From a virus: 48,767 nt of DNA. The stretch spans positions 1 to 48,767 of the IMG/VR virus record IMGVR_UViG_2716884425_000003, one strand, 5' to 3'. Under the pieces are notes generated by a model. The model worked only from the letters and a program-made list of their open reading frames with translations. It searched no databases and was not told the DNA's origin. Positions within the stretch are counted from its first letter, which is position 1. Each line of letters begins with the position of its first letter. Shown here piece by piece: positions 1-8,356 of this stretch. The position numbers were made by a program, and so were the translations under genes.

Positions 1-96
1 ACCTGTATGACTAACGGTTGGCGTACCAGTAACAGTGGGCGTACCTGTATGACTAACGGTTGGCGTACCTGTGTGACTAACGGTTGGCGTACCTGT
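1..96 (-). repeat. Coding tandem repeat, 24-bp unit (TPTVSHTG) with one 18-bp variant
   Basis: acctgtatgactaacggttggcgt at 1-24 and 43-66, a one-mismatch copy at 67-90, and an 18-bp variant at 25-42. Confidence 0.95.
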
Positions 97-1113
97 AGAG
101 GTAACGCTTTGTGTAACGCTGGCGGTCGCTGTGCCCGTGCAGGTAACCGAAGTCTTATGATGCGATAAAGTGAAAGTTCCTGTGCTAGTGGTACGCTGGT
201 TGGTTACGACGATATAGTAATCTCCAGACGCCAAACAGCTTGCTACTAAATGAGAGCCTTCATCAAGTTCGTCGTCATCACAAAAGCTGCCTGTTCCTAC
301 ATCGTTTTCAGCAACTAAATTGTGACTAGAATCATAAAGACACAGGTACGAATTAAGAGTATCGTGATCAGCACCAGTAGTAGACTCACTCGATCCGTCA
401 TCATTACAAGTTGAGAATGAAAAAGTCTTATCATTATCAGCTAGATTAACTGTAAATTTCCAGATTTTACTTTCTTCTGCTGGTAGGGATACTTCGTCTT
501 GTGGATACCACGTGTCATCGGTCCAGCTAGATGTATCTGCATCTGATCCACCACTTGTACTAGGAAGAGTCTCCGCATTACAAAAGCTTATAAGTTTACT
601 GGCGCAACCAACTATAAACGTACATGTTGCTGTCGGGCTAGCGGTAATACTGGGCGTGGCGCTAACTGTTGTCGTGGCAGTTGCGGTGGCACTGGCTGTT
701 GCGGTGGCACTGACTGTTGAAGTGCCGGTGACCGTTGGGGTAGCGCTAGCAGTAGTGGTCCAGCAATGAACGTGAGTACCCGCGATCTGCGAGGAACTGT
801 TTACATAAACTGCGTGCCCGCCATGAGCGTGAACTACATAATACCACTTATTACCCGTTAGTCTATGGCTTGTGCTATCGCTGGGATTGCCACAAACGGC
901 CACTGTCCCATTATCAGTAGTTGTTACATTTCCGTTTACTGCTAAGGTGTTAGCATTGAGACTTAACCCATGCGCAGATCCGGGCCCTCCTGAGCAAGCC
1001 GCAGAACTACTGTCCCAACCAACATACAAGTTCTTATAGTCGCCTTCATCGGCGTACGGATCCGTACAACCGTTAGACGTAACGCTAGCAGCATAAAAGG
1101 TGTATGTTGGCAT
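1..1113 (-). CDS. Partial (runs off left edge) Cys-containing, Thr/Pro-linker-rich probable virion surface protein with a PPC-like beta-sandwich domain
   Basis: Not in the ORF track. ATG at 1113 (MPTYTFYAASVTSNGCTDPY...), and my manual translation stays open to position 1. Contains TATASATATATTT and TPTVSHTG linkers and 'NSYLCLYDSSHNLVAENDVG...LASGDYYIVV', which resembles a pre-peptidase C-terminal (PPC) domain. Confidence 0.85.
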   Translation of the reverse strand, partial: MPTYTFYAASVTSNGCTDPYADEGDYKNLYVGWDSSSAACSGGPGSAHGLSLNANTLAVNGNVTTTDNGTVAVCGNPSDSTSHRLTGNKWYYVVHAHGGHAVYVNSSSQIAGTHVHCWTTTASATPTVTGTSTVSATATASATATATTTVSATPSITASPTATCTFIVGCASKLISFCNAETLPSTSGGSDADTSSWTDDTWYPQDEVSLPAEESKIWKFTVNLADNDKTFSFSTCNDDGSSESTTGADHDTLNSYLCLYDSSHNLVAENDVGTGSFCDDDELDEGSHLVASCLASGDYYIVVTNQRTTSTGTFTLSHHKTSVTCTGTATASVTQSVTSTGTPTVSHTGTPTVSHTGTPTVTGTPTVSHTG

Positions 1114-1139
1114 TTAAAAAACTACTTTTTCCCCACTAA

Positions 1140-1556
1140 TTATATTAATTTTATTCCGTTTTTTACAATAAATTCTTCAGATAATTTATCTACTTCATCT
1201 TCTTCTATCTCTATTAGGGTATATCCATTCTTTTCAAGCCACTCTCGCTTTTCTACGTCTCTTTTTATTGAGGCTAAATAGTTTAATCTGGAGTTATTGT
1301 GAAAAAAGGAATTAAAGCTAGAATGCTGCCGACCGTTGACTTCTACGGCGATTTTCTTAGTGGCATTTAATATGTCCACTTTCATTCGAGAGCCATACAC
1401 GGGAAACTCTTCGTAGACTACGTGGTTTTCCCAATAAGACTTAAGAAATTGTTTGACTTTAAACTGAATTTTGGAACGAGATTTCTTGTTCCATTCGATA
1501 AGGTACTTGGTAACGAGCTTGGACTGTAGTTTTCCTTTAATATTGTAAAGCCTCAC
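1140..1556 (-). CDS. Vsr/DUF559-like PD-(D/E)xK endonuclease
   Basis: 'YEEFPV...KVDIL...IAVEVNGRQH...RDVEKREWLEKNGYTLIEI' matches the very-short-patch/DUF559 pattern. Confidence 0.75.
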   Translation of the reverse strand: MRLYNIKGKLQSKLVTKYLIEWNKKSRSKIQFKVKQFLKSYWENHVVYEEFPVYGSRMKVDILNATKKIAVEVNGRQHSSFNSFFHNNSRLNYLASIKRDVEKREWLEKNGYTLIEIEEDEVDKLSEEFIVKNGIKLI

Positions 1557-1562
1557 GGCTTT

Positions 1563-1591
1563 AACTTACCATGAAATGGGAAAAAAATCAA
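1563..1591 (-). promoter_or_regulatory. sigma70-type promoter, probably giving a leaderless transcript of the endonuclease gene
   Basis: TTGATT-N17-TAAGTT with TG extension; GTG start 6 nt after the -10 element. Confidence 0.55.
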
Positions 1592-1658
1592 AAGACCCTG
1601 ACGAAACGGGAGTGTTTGAGTCCCGCCTATTTTTACGCAATTTAACGTCAGAGCCTCT
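1591..1658 (-). ncRNA. Candidate small structured RNA or structured leader/terminator
   Basis: 13-bp stem AGAGGCUCUGACG/CGUCAGGGUCUUU enclosing a 7-bp stem GGCGGGA/UCCCGUU. The G-U pairs work only on the minus strand. A U-rich tract follows, and a GTGTAT motif lies at 1674-1669. Confidence 0.5.
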
Positions 1659-1679
1659 AATATAGAATATACACTGTAT

Positions 1680-2777
1680 TTAAGCTTTTTTCAAGACGTC
1701 CTTGAATTTTGCAAATAAGTATTGACAGATTTCTTTGTTTTCTTCAAAGTACTTACGTAAATTATCCATACCTTGGTGCTGCTTTTTAAGCTCTAATTTA
1801 GTTTCTTTCTCGACCTCTTCGATTAACTCATCAGAAATGGTGACCCATGCTCCTTTAGCTGTTGCCATGTCCCAAGCTATAAGCATGTCAACAACTTCGT
1901 ATTCAATCCAGATGCTATTGCCGGGTTGTGCTCGGTATCTAATTGGGTAACGAACTTCTACACCAGTTTTTTCATTCGTAGATTTTCTAAAAACTATTCT
2001 GCACCAGTGGCCGAGTTGGTCTCCTTTACCGTTTGGTTGCGTTGTAATTAAATCCTTGTTCCATCTTTGCTGAAACTCAAGAATCCAATCACTGTAGTGC
2101 AACATTGCGTTGCCACCAGATGCATTGGTCAGACGTGGGTCAGTCTTTTCGTACGGGTTGATTTGTACCTTGGTTCTGACCTGTGAAATCATATAGCAGA
2201 TGTGCCCTCTAGTAGCTAAGCCTAGAGCCATGCGCTTTAAAAAATCTGAACTTAGTAATGATCCTCCAGCTACTTTTATTGCTTCGTTTGCGCCCTTCTC
2301 TAGATCACCTTTAGGTACAAGAGCATCCATAGAATCAATAATAAACATGTATCTTGTGTCAGAGGCGTTGTCCTTAACCATCTGACGCATGAAATCAATA
2401 ACAGTCTCATAGACGTTACATTTAAAAACAAACCATTTACTTTCATCTGTATTTACCCCTGACCTTTCTATCATGTCTGCTGATAGTCTACCTTCAGATT
2501 TAATATAGATAACCATGGAGTTATCCATTTCTTGGAAGTTGCGAGCGAACGCAAGCGCGCACGAGGTTTTGCCGCCCTCAGAAACTCCTGAGGCACGTAT
2601 GATTCCCGGTTTGATTCCTCCACCCATCTCAATATCAAGCAACAAGCTTCCACTGGAAACGCTATAAGTTCTTTCTTCTTCGAAGTTATAGTGATCACCC
2701 TTGTTCTGTTCAAGGTATGCTTGGATTTGTTGTTGAGGAGATATGGCTGGTCCGCTACTAGCTTTCTTTTTTGCCAT
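1680..2777 (-). CDS. recA: RecA/UvsX-like recombinase
   Basis: 'SSGSLLLDIEMGGGI', Walker A variant GVSEGGKT, Walker B 'IIDSMDAL', 'ISQVR', 'ASGGNAMLHYS'. Confidence 0.9.
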   Translation of the reverse strand: MAKKKASSGPAISPQQQIQAYLEQNKGDHYNFEEERTYSVSSGSLLLDIEMGGGIKPGIIRASGVSEGGKTSCALAFARNFQEMDNSMVIYIKSEGRLSADMIERSGVNTDESKWFVFKCNVYETVIDFMRQMVKDNASDTRYMFIIDSMDALVPKGDLEKGANEAIKVAGGSLLSSDFLKRMALGLATRGHICYMISQVRTKVQINPYEKTDPRLTNASGGNAMLHYSDWILEFQQRWNKDLITTQPNGKGDQLGHWCRIVFRKSTNEKTGVEVRYPIRYRAQPGNSIWIEYEVVDMLIAWDMATAKGAWVTISDELIEEVEKETKLELKKQHQGMDNLRKYFEENKEICQYLFAKFKDVLKKA

Positions 2778-3129
2778 CTCTTATAAAGTCCAAAAGGTTT
2801 TTCTTTTTATTAATTTTTTTATCTGTACCTAATTTACCATACATCTCTACAGATGTCAAGGTATCTTTATGGTTCATCTTCATCAGTTTCTTTTTACTCT
2901 GGAGTAACTCGAGGCCTTCGGTACTGGTAAAGTATGATGGGCATTGTACTTTAAAGTTGCAATTAATAAACATCCAGTCCCAGAATTCAGGATCAGGGTG
3001 AACATTATAGGCCTTTATAGCCTCGTTGCACTTAGCTCCATAAGTTCCCTTTTCGAAGTCACAAAACTGACTAACGATTAATCTATGGTAATCTGTAGGA
3101 CTCTTCTCTTTGTTTGTTTTTAACATCAT
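2758..3129 (-). CDS. Hypothetical protein
   Basis: 123-aa ORF filling the gap between gmd and recA and overlapping both; start uncertain. Confidence 0.7.
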   Translation of the reverse strand: MMLKTNKEKSPTDYHRLIVSQFCDFEKGTYGAKCNEAIKAYNVHPDPEFWDWMFINCNFKVQCPSYFTSTEGLELLQSKKKLMKMNHKDTLTSVEMYGKLGTDKKINKKKNLLDFIRDGKKES

Positions 3130-4174
3130 ATTTTACCATCTTCTCTACAAGAGTATCAAAGTTCCCCTCCGGAGTCCAGCCTAATTCTTCCAGAGCTTCC
3201 GTTGGGTCACCCATTAACTGCTCTACTTCAGCTGGCCTATAGAACTCTGGGTTAATTTTTACTAATGTATATTTGTGTCGTCCAGCGTGCTTGACGTATT
3301 TTTCATCTAACCCCTCGCCTTCCCATTGGCCTTTTAAATCTGCGGCTTCAAACGCTTTTTCTACAAACTCTCTAATTGAGTGCATTTCTCCACTGGCGAG
3401 TAAGTAGTCTTTAGGGTCGTTTTGATTTAGCATTAACCAGATACCTTTAACAAAATCTTCGCTATCGCTCCAATCTCTTTTAGCATCTAAATTTCCTAAT
3501 TCAATGGGCGTGTGCTTTTTGGGTTGGTCATGCCTGTCGCTCCAAGACTCATGCCTGCGGATTTGATGAGATAACTTGGCTACACCCATTGTAATTTTTC
3601 TAGTCACAAACTCTTCGCCTCGCTTGGTGCCCTCGTGGTTGAATAATAGTCCATGTACTGCGTACATGTCGTAGGACTCACGGTAGACTTTAACTATATG
3701 ATGCGCTGCGCACTTAGAGGCTCCATAAGGGCTTCTAGGCTTCATTGGGTGCTTCATGTCCTGCGGAGAATAGTCTACGTCTCCAAATTCTTCACTGCTG
3801 CCTGCGCTATAAAACCGACACTCCGGAGCGTAGTTTCTTATTGCTTCTAGGCATCTAATAACACCAACTGCATTTACGTCAAACACGTGCGCTGGCATGT
3901 TCCAACTGACACCCACAAAGCTATTAGCGGCAAAATTAACAAAATAATCTGGCTTGATATCTTTTACTAATTCATTGATGCTTACTTCATCGGTTAGGTC
4001 TCCCACTACCAGTTTAAAGTTCTTATTTTTCTTGAACTTAGATATATTATCGTAATTTGGGTTGGCGACTCTCCTCATCATGCCATAGACATGATTAGAC
4101 TTGTCTCGCAAAAGGTACTCGGCCATATTAGCACCGTCTTGACCCAAGATGCCCGTGATAATTATTTTTCTCAT
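3083..4174 (-). CDS. gmd: GDP-mannose 4,6-dehydratase
   Basis: 'ITGILGQDG', 'SSEEFG', 'PRSPYGASK', 'LFNHE', 'FVTRKIT', 'LGNLDAKRDW', 'YRPAEVEQLMGD'. Confidence 0.95.
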   Translation of the reverse strand: MRKIIITGILGQDGANMAEYLLRDKSNHVYGMMRRVANPNYDNISKFKKNKNFKLVVGDLTDEVSINELVKDIKPDYFVNFAANSFVGVSWNMPAHVFDVNAVGVIRCLEAIRNYAPECRFYSAGSSEEFGDVDYSPQDMKHPMKPRSPYGASKCAAHHIVKVYRESYDMYAVHGLLFNHEGTKRGEEFVTRKITMGVAKLSHQIRRHESWSDRHDQPKKHTPIELGNLDAKRDWSDSEDFVKGIWLMLNQNDPKDYLLASGEMHSIREFVEKAFEAADLKGQWEGEGLDEKYVKHAGRHKYTLVKINPEFYRPAEVEQLMGDPTEALEELGWTPEGNFDTLVEKMVKYDVKNKQREESYRLP

Positions 4175-4175
4175 A

Positions 4176-5201
4176 TTAAAAATCGTCTTCTAGCATACCT
4201 GAATTTTGGTAATCCTTCACCTTTCTTTCAAAGAAATTGGTCATCGCTCCGGTATCAACAACTTCAGATAACCATGGAAACGGGTTGTTGTCACTGTCGA
4301 ACCGGAAGTCGATGCCAATTCCTTCGAGGCGCCTGTTGCCGATATACTGCATGTAATCGACAAACATATCAGCGTTTAGTCCCAATATACCCCTTGGGAG
4401 TACGTCATGAGCGTATTCTACTTCAAGCTCTACAGCTTTTTTAATATGCTCAATGGTTTCTTCCTCGAATTTCTTTGTCCACACCGATGGGTATTGCTCT
4501 TTAATTGTATTAATTAAATAAGTTCCAAATTGAATATGTAAACTTTCGTCACGCAGAGTATATCTAACTTGATCTGAAAGGCCCGGAAGTTTATTTTGTC
4601 TGCCAAGAGCTAGAAGCATAGCGAAACCACTAAAGAAGAATGTTCCCTCGCACACTATATAATAAGTAATTAGATTGCGAAGAAACTCCCTTTTGCCCTC
4701 TACAGTCTTAGTGCTAAATCCTTGTCGGTTTACGTCAGTCGTGATTTGCATTAAGAAATCATCCTTAGCTTTGATCGTGGGTACATTCAGGTACGCTTCA
4801 TAAACGTCTTTAACTTTTAAACCGTAGGAGTCGCAGCATGTTACTACTGTCCAATTATGTAGAGACTCTTCATAAGCTTGTCGAAGAATATACTGGCGAC
4901 ACTCTGGGTCTGTGATAAATCGATTAACGGTGAGTAGTAAGTTGTTTGCTACCAGCGATTCAGAACCAGCAAAAAAGCCCAAGCAGCGTTTTACCAACAG
5001 CCTTTCGTCGTCAGTTAGTGTGTCTGATTTCCACTGGTTAACGTCTTCGGTCATGTTGATCTCTGCTGGAGACCAATTGTTAGCCACGCCCTTGAGAAAA
5101 AGATCCCAAGCTGATTTATGCTTATGCGGTAAGATTTGATTTACACCCGCTATTTCTTCTCCCAAAAGGAGCCCATCCTTAGTTTGTCTTGTTCCGCTCA
5201 T
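4176..5201 (-). CDS. nrdB: Ribonucleotide reductase small subunit, class Ic-like (R2c signature)
   Basis: Ferritin-like ligands E81, E112-x-x-H115, 'VCEG', 'RDESLH'; C-terminal 'NFFERKVKDY'; Val119 at the radical-Tyr position. Confidence 0.95.
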   Translation of the reverse strand: MSGTRQTKDGLLLGEEIAGVNQILPHKHKSAWDLFLKGVANNWSPAEINMTEDVNQWKSDTLTDDERLLVKRCLGFFAGSESLVANNLLLTVNRFITDPECRQYILRQAYEESLHNWTVVTCCDSYGLKVKDVYEAYLNVPTIKAKDDFLMQITTDVNRQGFSTKTVEGKREFLRNLITYYIVCEGTFFFSGFAMLLALGRQNKLPGLSDQVRYTLRDESLHIQFGTYLINTIKEQYPSVWTKKFEEETIEHIKKAVELEVEYAHDVLPRGILGLNADMFVDYMQYIGNRRLEGIGIDFRFDSDNNPFPWLSEVVDTGAMTNFFERKVKDYQNSGMLEDDF

Positions 5202-5427
5202 GGTAAGTATAAAAATCTGGTACTGGTATTTCTTTATCGTACTCTATTTCCAGTATTTGTTCAAGTATATTTTTTATTAAAATGTCTTCTTGTGCTAGAT
5301 TGGATGTTTCAGATAATCTATTTAAGTCTTGCCAAATTTGTAACACTAGGTCAAATTCACTTGCCTCATTATCCATAGAGTCTTTCAAGACTTTTTCTTC
5401 TGATAGCTTTACTTTATATTCTTTCAT
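5179..5427 (-). CDS. Small acidic hypothetical protein between nrdA and nrdB
   Basis: Track ORF 5179..5445; ATG at 5427 directly follows the nrdA stop and is the likelier start. Confidence 0.7.
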   Translation of the reverse strand: MKEYKVKLSEEKVLKDSMDNEASEFDLVLQIWQDLNRLSETSNLAQEDILIKNILEQILEIEYDKEIPVPDFYTYHERNKTN

Positions 5428-5428
5428 A

Positions 5429-7906
5429 TTATTGACAACTTTCACAGTCAGGGTCTAAGATGCTGCAAGCTTTGACGCCAGATAGACTATCATTATTGTT
5501 ATCTGTGTCGCTATTATCCACGTTACTTTCTTCTTTAGCTGATCCTGTTGATTTTTCAATTTCACTTGCGCTTTTGTTCCTTAAATAATAAGTGCTCTTT
5601 AGTCCGCAGTTTCTAGCGTGCATGTAAAGGTCATTTAAGTATTTTAGCGAGCTTTTGTTATTAAATAAATTTAAACTTTGGCCCATATCGATCCACTTTT
5701 GTTTAGCTGCTGCGCAATTAACCAAGTTGAACTGATCATGGTCAAAGGCCGTGCGATATCTATCTTTGATATCCTGTGGTAATTCACCGTTAAGGGCATT
5801 AACATCACCGTTTACTGTCTTAAGCATTTCGATAAGTGTTGGATTCCAAACTCCAAGCTCTTTGCATTCTTTTACGAACCACTCGTTCGTGATGAAGAGG
5901 TTTCCGCTTTTATTTTCATATACGAAAAGAGTCGAAAAATCGGGCTCAATAGTAGGTGAACAGCCTTGAATATAAGATATAGTAGCAGTAGGAGCGATAG
6001 CCATAGTATTAGAGTTGCGCATACCGTGGCTAGCAATATGTTCACGAACAATCTTCCAATCGCATTTTGGTGAGTATTTTCTGTCACGGTGATTAATTGG
6101 TTTCTGGTCTAAGTATTTCATTAGACTCTTGTAGGTGTCTATCGGTAGAATGTCTTGACTCCATAACGAGCCGTCATAGGTGCTGTAAGAACCTTTTTCC
6201 TTAGCAATCTTGCTAGAGTTTAGTATACAATTATAAGAGATAAACTCGTAAAGTTCATCAGAAAATTTAACAGCCTCCGGAGACGAAAAATCTATCTTGT
6301 AAGAATGAAAAACGTCAGCCCAACCCATTGATCCTGCGCCTACGGGTCGATGTTTGAGGTTTGAGTTCTCCGCCTCTTTGGTCGGGTAAAAATTGAGATC
6401 GATAACGTTATCAAGCATTCTCATTTGAATGCAGATACTTTTAGCTAACTTGTTAAAGTCAAGCTTTCCGTTATCTTTCAGGTGCTCTTTGAGGTTAATG
6501 GAGCTAAGGTTACACACCGCTGTTTCGCCTACCTCACTTTTTTGACCACCCTCATATTTAGAAGGTTTAGTGTGTAGGAAGATTTCGGTGCATAGGTTTG
6601 AGCTATGAATTACGCCTTCATGACTGTTAGAGTAACGCATGTTCGCGTTATCCTTAAAGGTCATCCAAGGGTGCCCTGTCTCAAACAGAACTCTAAGCAT
6701 CTTCTTCCATAAGTCTTTAGCTTTAATGACTTTGAAGTTCTTTATCTTGCCTGAGTCTGCTTTTTTGCAATACTTTGTGTATGCTTTATCAAAATTTTCT
6801 CCGTAGAGCTCGTGGAGATCACGGACGTCTGACGGGCTAAACAGATACCAGTCTCCATCTGATTGAACTCTACGAAGAAATAAATCGGGTAGCCAATTGG
6901 CTGTATTTAAATCGTGACAACGACGACGTTCATCGCCAGTGTTCTTTTTTAACTCAAGAAAATCCTCGATGTCTAAGTGCCAAGGTTCAAGGTATGCGCA
7001 TCCCGCACCGGGACGCTTGCCTCCTTGATTTACGGCGACGAGTAAGTCGTTGTAAATTTTGAGCCATGGAACTAGGCCGCTAGAGTTACCATTGGTACCC
7101 TTAATGTAAGCGCCAGACGACCTAAAGTTCGTAACGTCAAAACCTAATCCTCCCGCGAACTTCGATTTTCTCGCTTCCTGCCATGCGCCTTCAAAGATTC
7201 CGTCAATTGAATCGTCAAATGTGTTTAGATAGCAAGAGCTAAGTTGACTACGAACGCTTCCGCTATTAAATAATGTTGGTGTCGAGGGGCAGATTCTAAA
7301 TGAAGAAATCGCATGATAAAATTCAATAGCTTTTTGTTCTTTGTCTTCTTCGTGTAAGGCTAGACCCATAGCTACGCGCATCCAGAACGATTGTGGAGCT
7401 TCCATTCTGACTCCGTCAATATGCAAGAAGTAACGATCGAAAAGGATTTGCAATCCGAGATACTTAAACTTATAATCCCTATCTAAGACCATAGCTTCAG
7501 ATAGTTTTTTTAAATCAAAAGATAATAAATCCTTCCTTAAGAGGCCTTCTTTAACTAGCTTCTTAGTGTTACGAATAAAACTCAGTTTATACTGGTGGTC
7601 AAAGCCATCTCCATCGCGGCTTTCACCGAAAACCTCTTTGTGGATATTACCTAGTAAAAGTCTAGAAGCTACATAAGTATAGTTAGGCTCTTTTTCGATC
7701 TTGGTCCTAGCGGACATAATCAAAGCTTGGTCTATTTCTTTAGTGGTAATTTTATCGTAGAACTGAACTTGAGCATCTAGAACAACTTCGCTAGCTGAGA
7801 CGTCATCTATTTCCTCACAAGACCTTGCTGCGCAAAGGTTTATTTTATTGATATCTAGATTTTCTAACCGACCGTTTCGTTTTTTTACATGGACAACTTC
7901 ACTCAT
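5429..7906 (-). CDS. nrdA: Class I ribonucleotide reductase large subunit with N-terminal ATP cone
   Basis: ATP cone 'VKKRNG', 'PSTPTLFN', 'LSSCYL', 'SNLCTEI', 'VCNL', 'APTATIS', 'KSTYYLR', C-terminal CESC. No intein or intron apparent. Confidence 0.97.
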   Translation of the reverse strand: MSEVVHVKKRNGRLENLDINKINLCAARSCEEIDDVSASEVVLDAQVQFYDKITTKEIDQALIMSARTKIEKEPNYTYVASRLLLGNIHKEVFGESRDGDGFDHQYKLSFIRNTKKLVKEGLLRKDLLSFDLKKLSEAMVLDRDYKFKYLGLQILFDRYFLHIDGVRMEAPQSFWMRVAMGLALHEEDKEQKAIEFYHAISSFRICPSTPTLFNSGSVRSQLSSCYLNTFDDSIDGIFEGAWQEARKSKFAGGLGFDVTNFRSSGAYIKGTNGNSSGLVPWLKIYNDLLVAVNQGGKRPGAGCAYLEPWHLDIEDFLELKKNTGDERRRCHDLNTANWLPDLFLRRVQSDGDWYLFSPSDVRDLHELYGENFDKAYTKYCKKADSGKIKNFKVIKAKDLWKKMLRVLFETGHPWMTFKDNANMRYSNSHEGVIHSSNLCTEIFLHTKPSKYEGGQKSEVGETAVCNLSSINLKEHLKDNGKLDFNKLAKSICIQMRMLDNVIDLNFYPTKEAENSNLKHRPVGAGSMGWADVFHSYKIDFSSPEAVKFSDELYEFISYNCILNSSKIAKEKGSYSTYDGSLWSQDILPIDTYKSLMKYLDQKPINHRDRKYSPKCDWKIVREHIASHGMRNSNTMAIAPTATISYIQGCSPTIEPDFSTLFVYENKSGNLFITNEWFVKECKELGVWNPTLIEMLKTVNGDVNALNGELPQDIKDRYRTAFDHDQFNLVNCAAAKQKWIDMGQSLNLFNNKSSLKYLNDLYMHARNCGLKSTYYLRNKSASEIEKSTGSAKEESNVDNSDTDNNNDSLSGVKACSILDPDCESCQ

Positions 7907-7980
7907 TCTTTATAACCCGTTTCTGTATATTACTTTACAACCTTTCCGGACAAAAGGAAAGAAAAATGTATTCTGAAGTT

Positions 7981-8013
7981 AAAAAAAGATGCAACCAAAT
8001 TATAAGGTGTATC
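7981..8013 (-). terminator. Possible weak intrinsic terminator
   Basis: Imperfect hairpin GAUACACC/GGUUGCAUC followed by U7, at the stop of the 8012-8356 gene. Confidence 0.4.
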
Positions 8014-8356
8014 AGTTTTTATTTTTTTTGTTACTTGGCTTACGAGAATCTATCTTTTTTTGCCTGTTCTTTTCGTGCGCTTCGCCAATATGATCGTACC
8101 CTCTTTTACTTTTTCTTTTTTCACTCATCTCTTTAGAGTAGTCCCACATGTCGCCTGTGGTCCACCCTTTGGTTTTGTCAACGAATTGTTGATGCGAGTC
8201 CGCATCGTTTTGTAGTCCAATACTGGTAGTAGGCGCAGTCCAAACTCTTTCCCACTCAACGCCTCTGTCATCAATGAATACGTGTTTCTCAGTCATCTTT
8301 TGATGAACCTCTACATACTCTTCCCTCTCTGGGTTTTTAAAAAGATATATTGGCAT
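8012..8356 (-). CDS. FmdB-like small protein with a degenerate, Cys-less zinc ribbon
   Basis: N-terminus 'MPIYLFKNPEREEYVEVHQKM' resembles FmdB-family MPxYxYxC starts but has no CxxC. Confidence 0.55.
   Translation of the reverse strand: MPIYLFKNPEREEYVEVHQKMTEKHVFIDDRGVEWERVWTAPTTSIGLQNDADSHQQFVDKTKGWTTGDMWDYSKEMSEKRKSKRGYDHIGEAHEKNRQKKIDSRKPSNKKNKN

Noticed and set aside
1-96. 24-bp direct repeats as a CRISPR array
   Set aside because: The units are adjacent with no unique spacers, and they are in-frame codons of a Thr/Pro linker.
1598-1607. CTGACGAAAC on + as a hammerhead ribozyme core
   Set aside because: CUGANGA and GAAA overlap with no stem II between them, and the pairing favours the minus strand.
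5429-7906. Intein or intron in nrdA
   Set aside because: The ORF is continuous, of normal length, and has all catalytic motifs in order.
7925-7940. TTGTAAAGTAATATA upstream of nrdA as a GTGTAA-class promoter
   Set aside because: The first base differs and the spacing is unlike the other copies; too weak to call.
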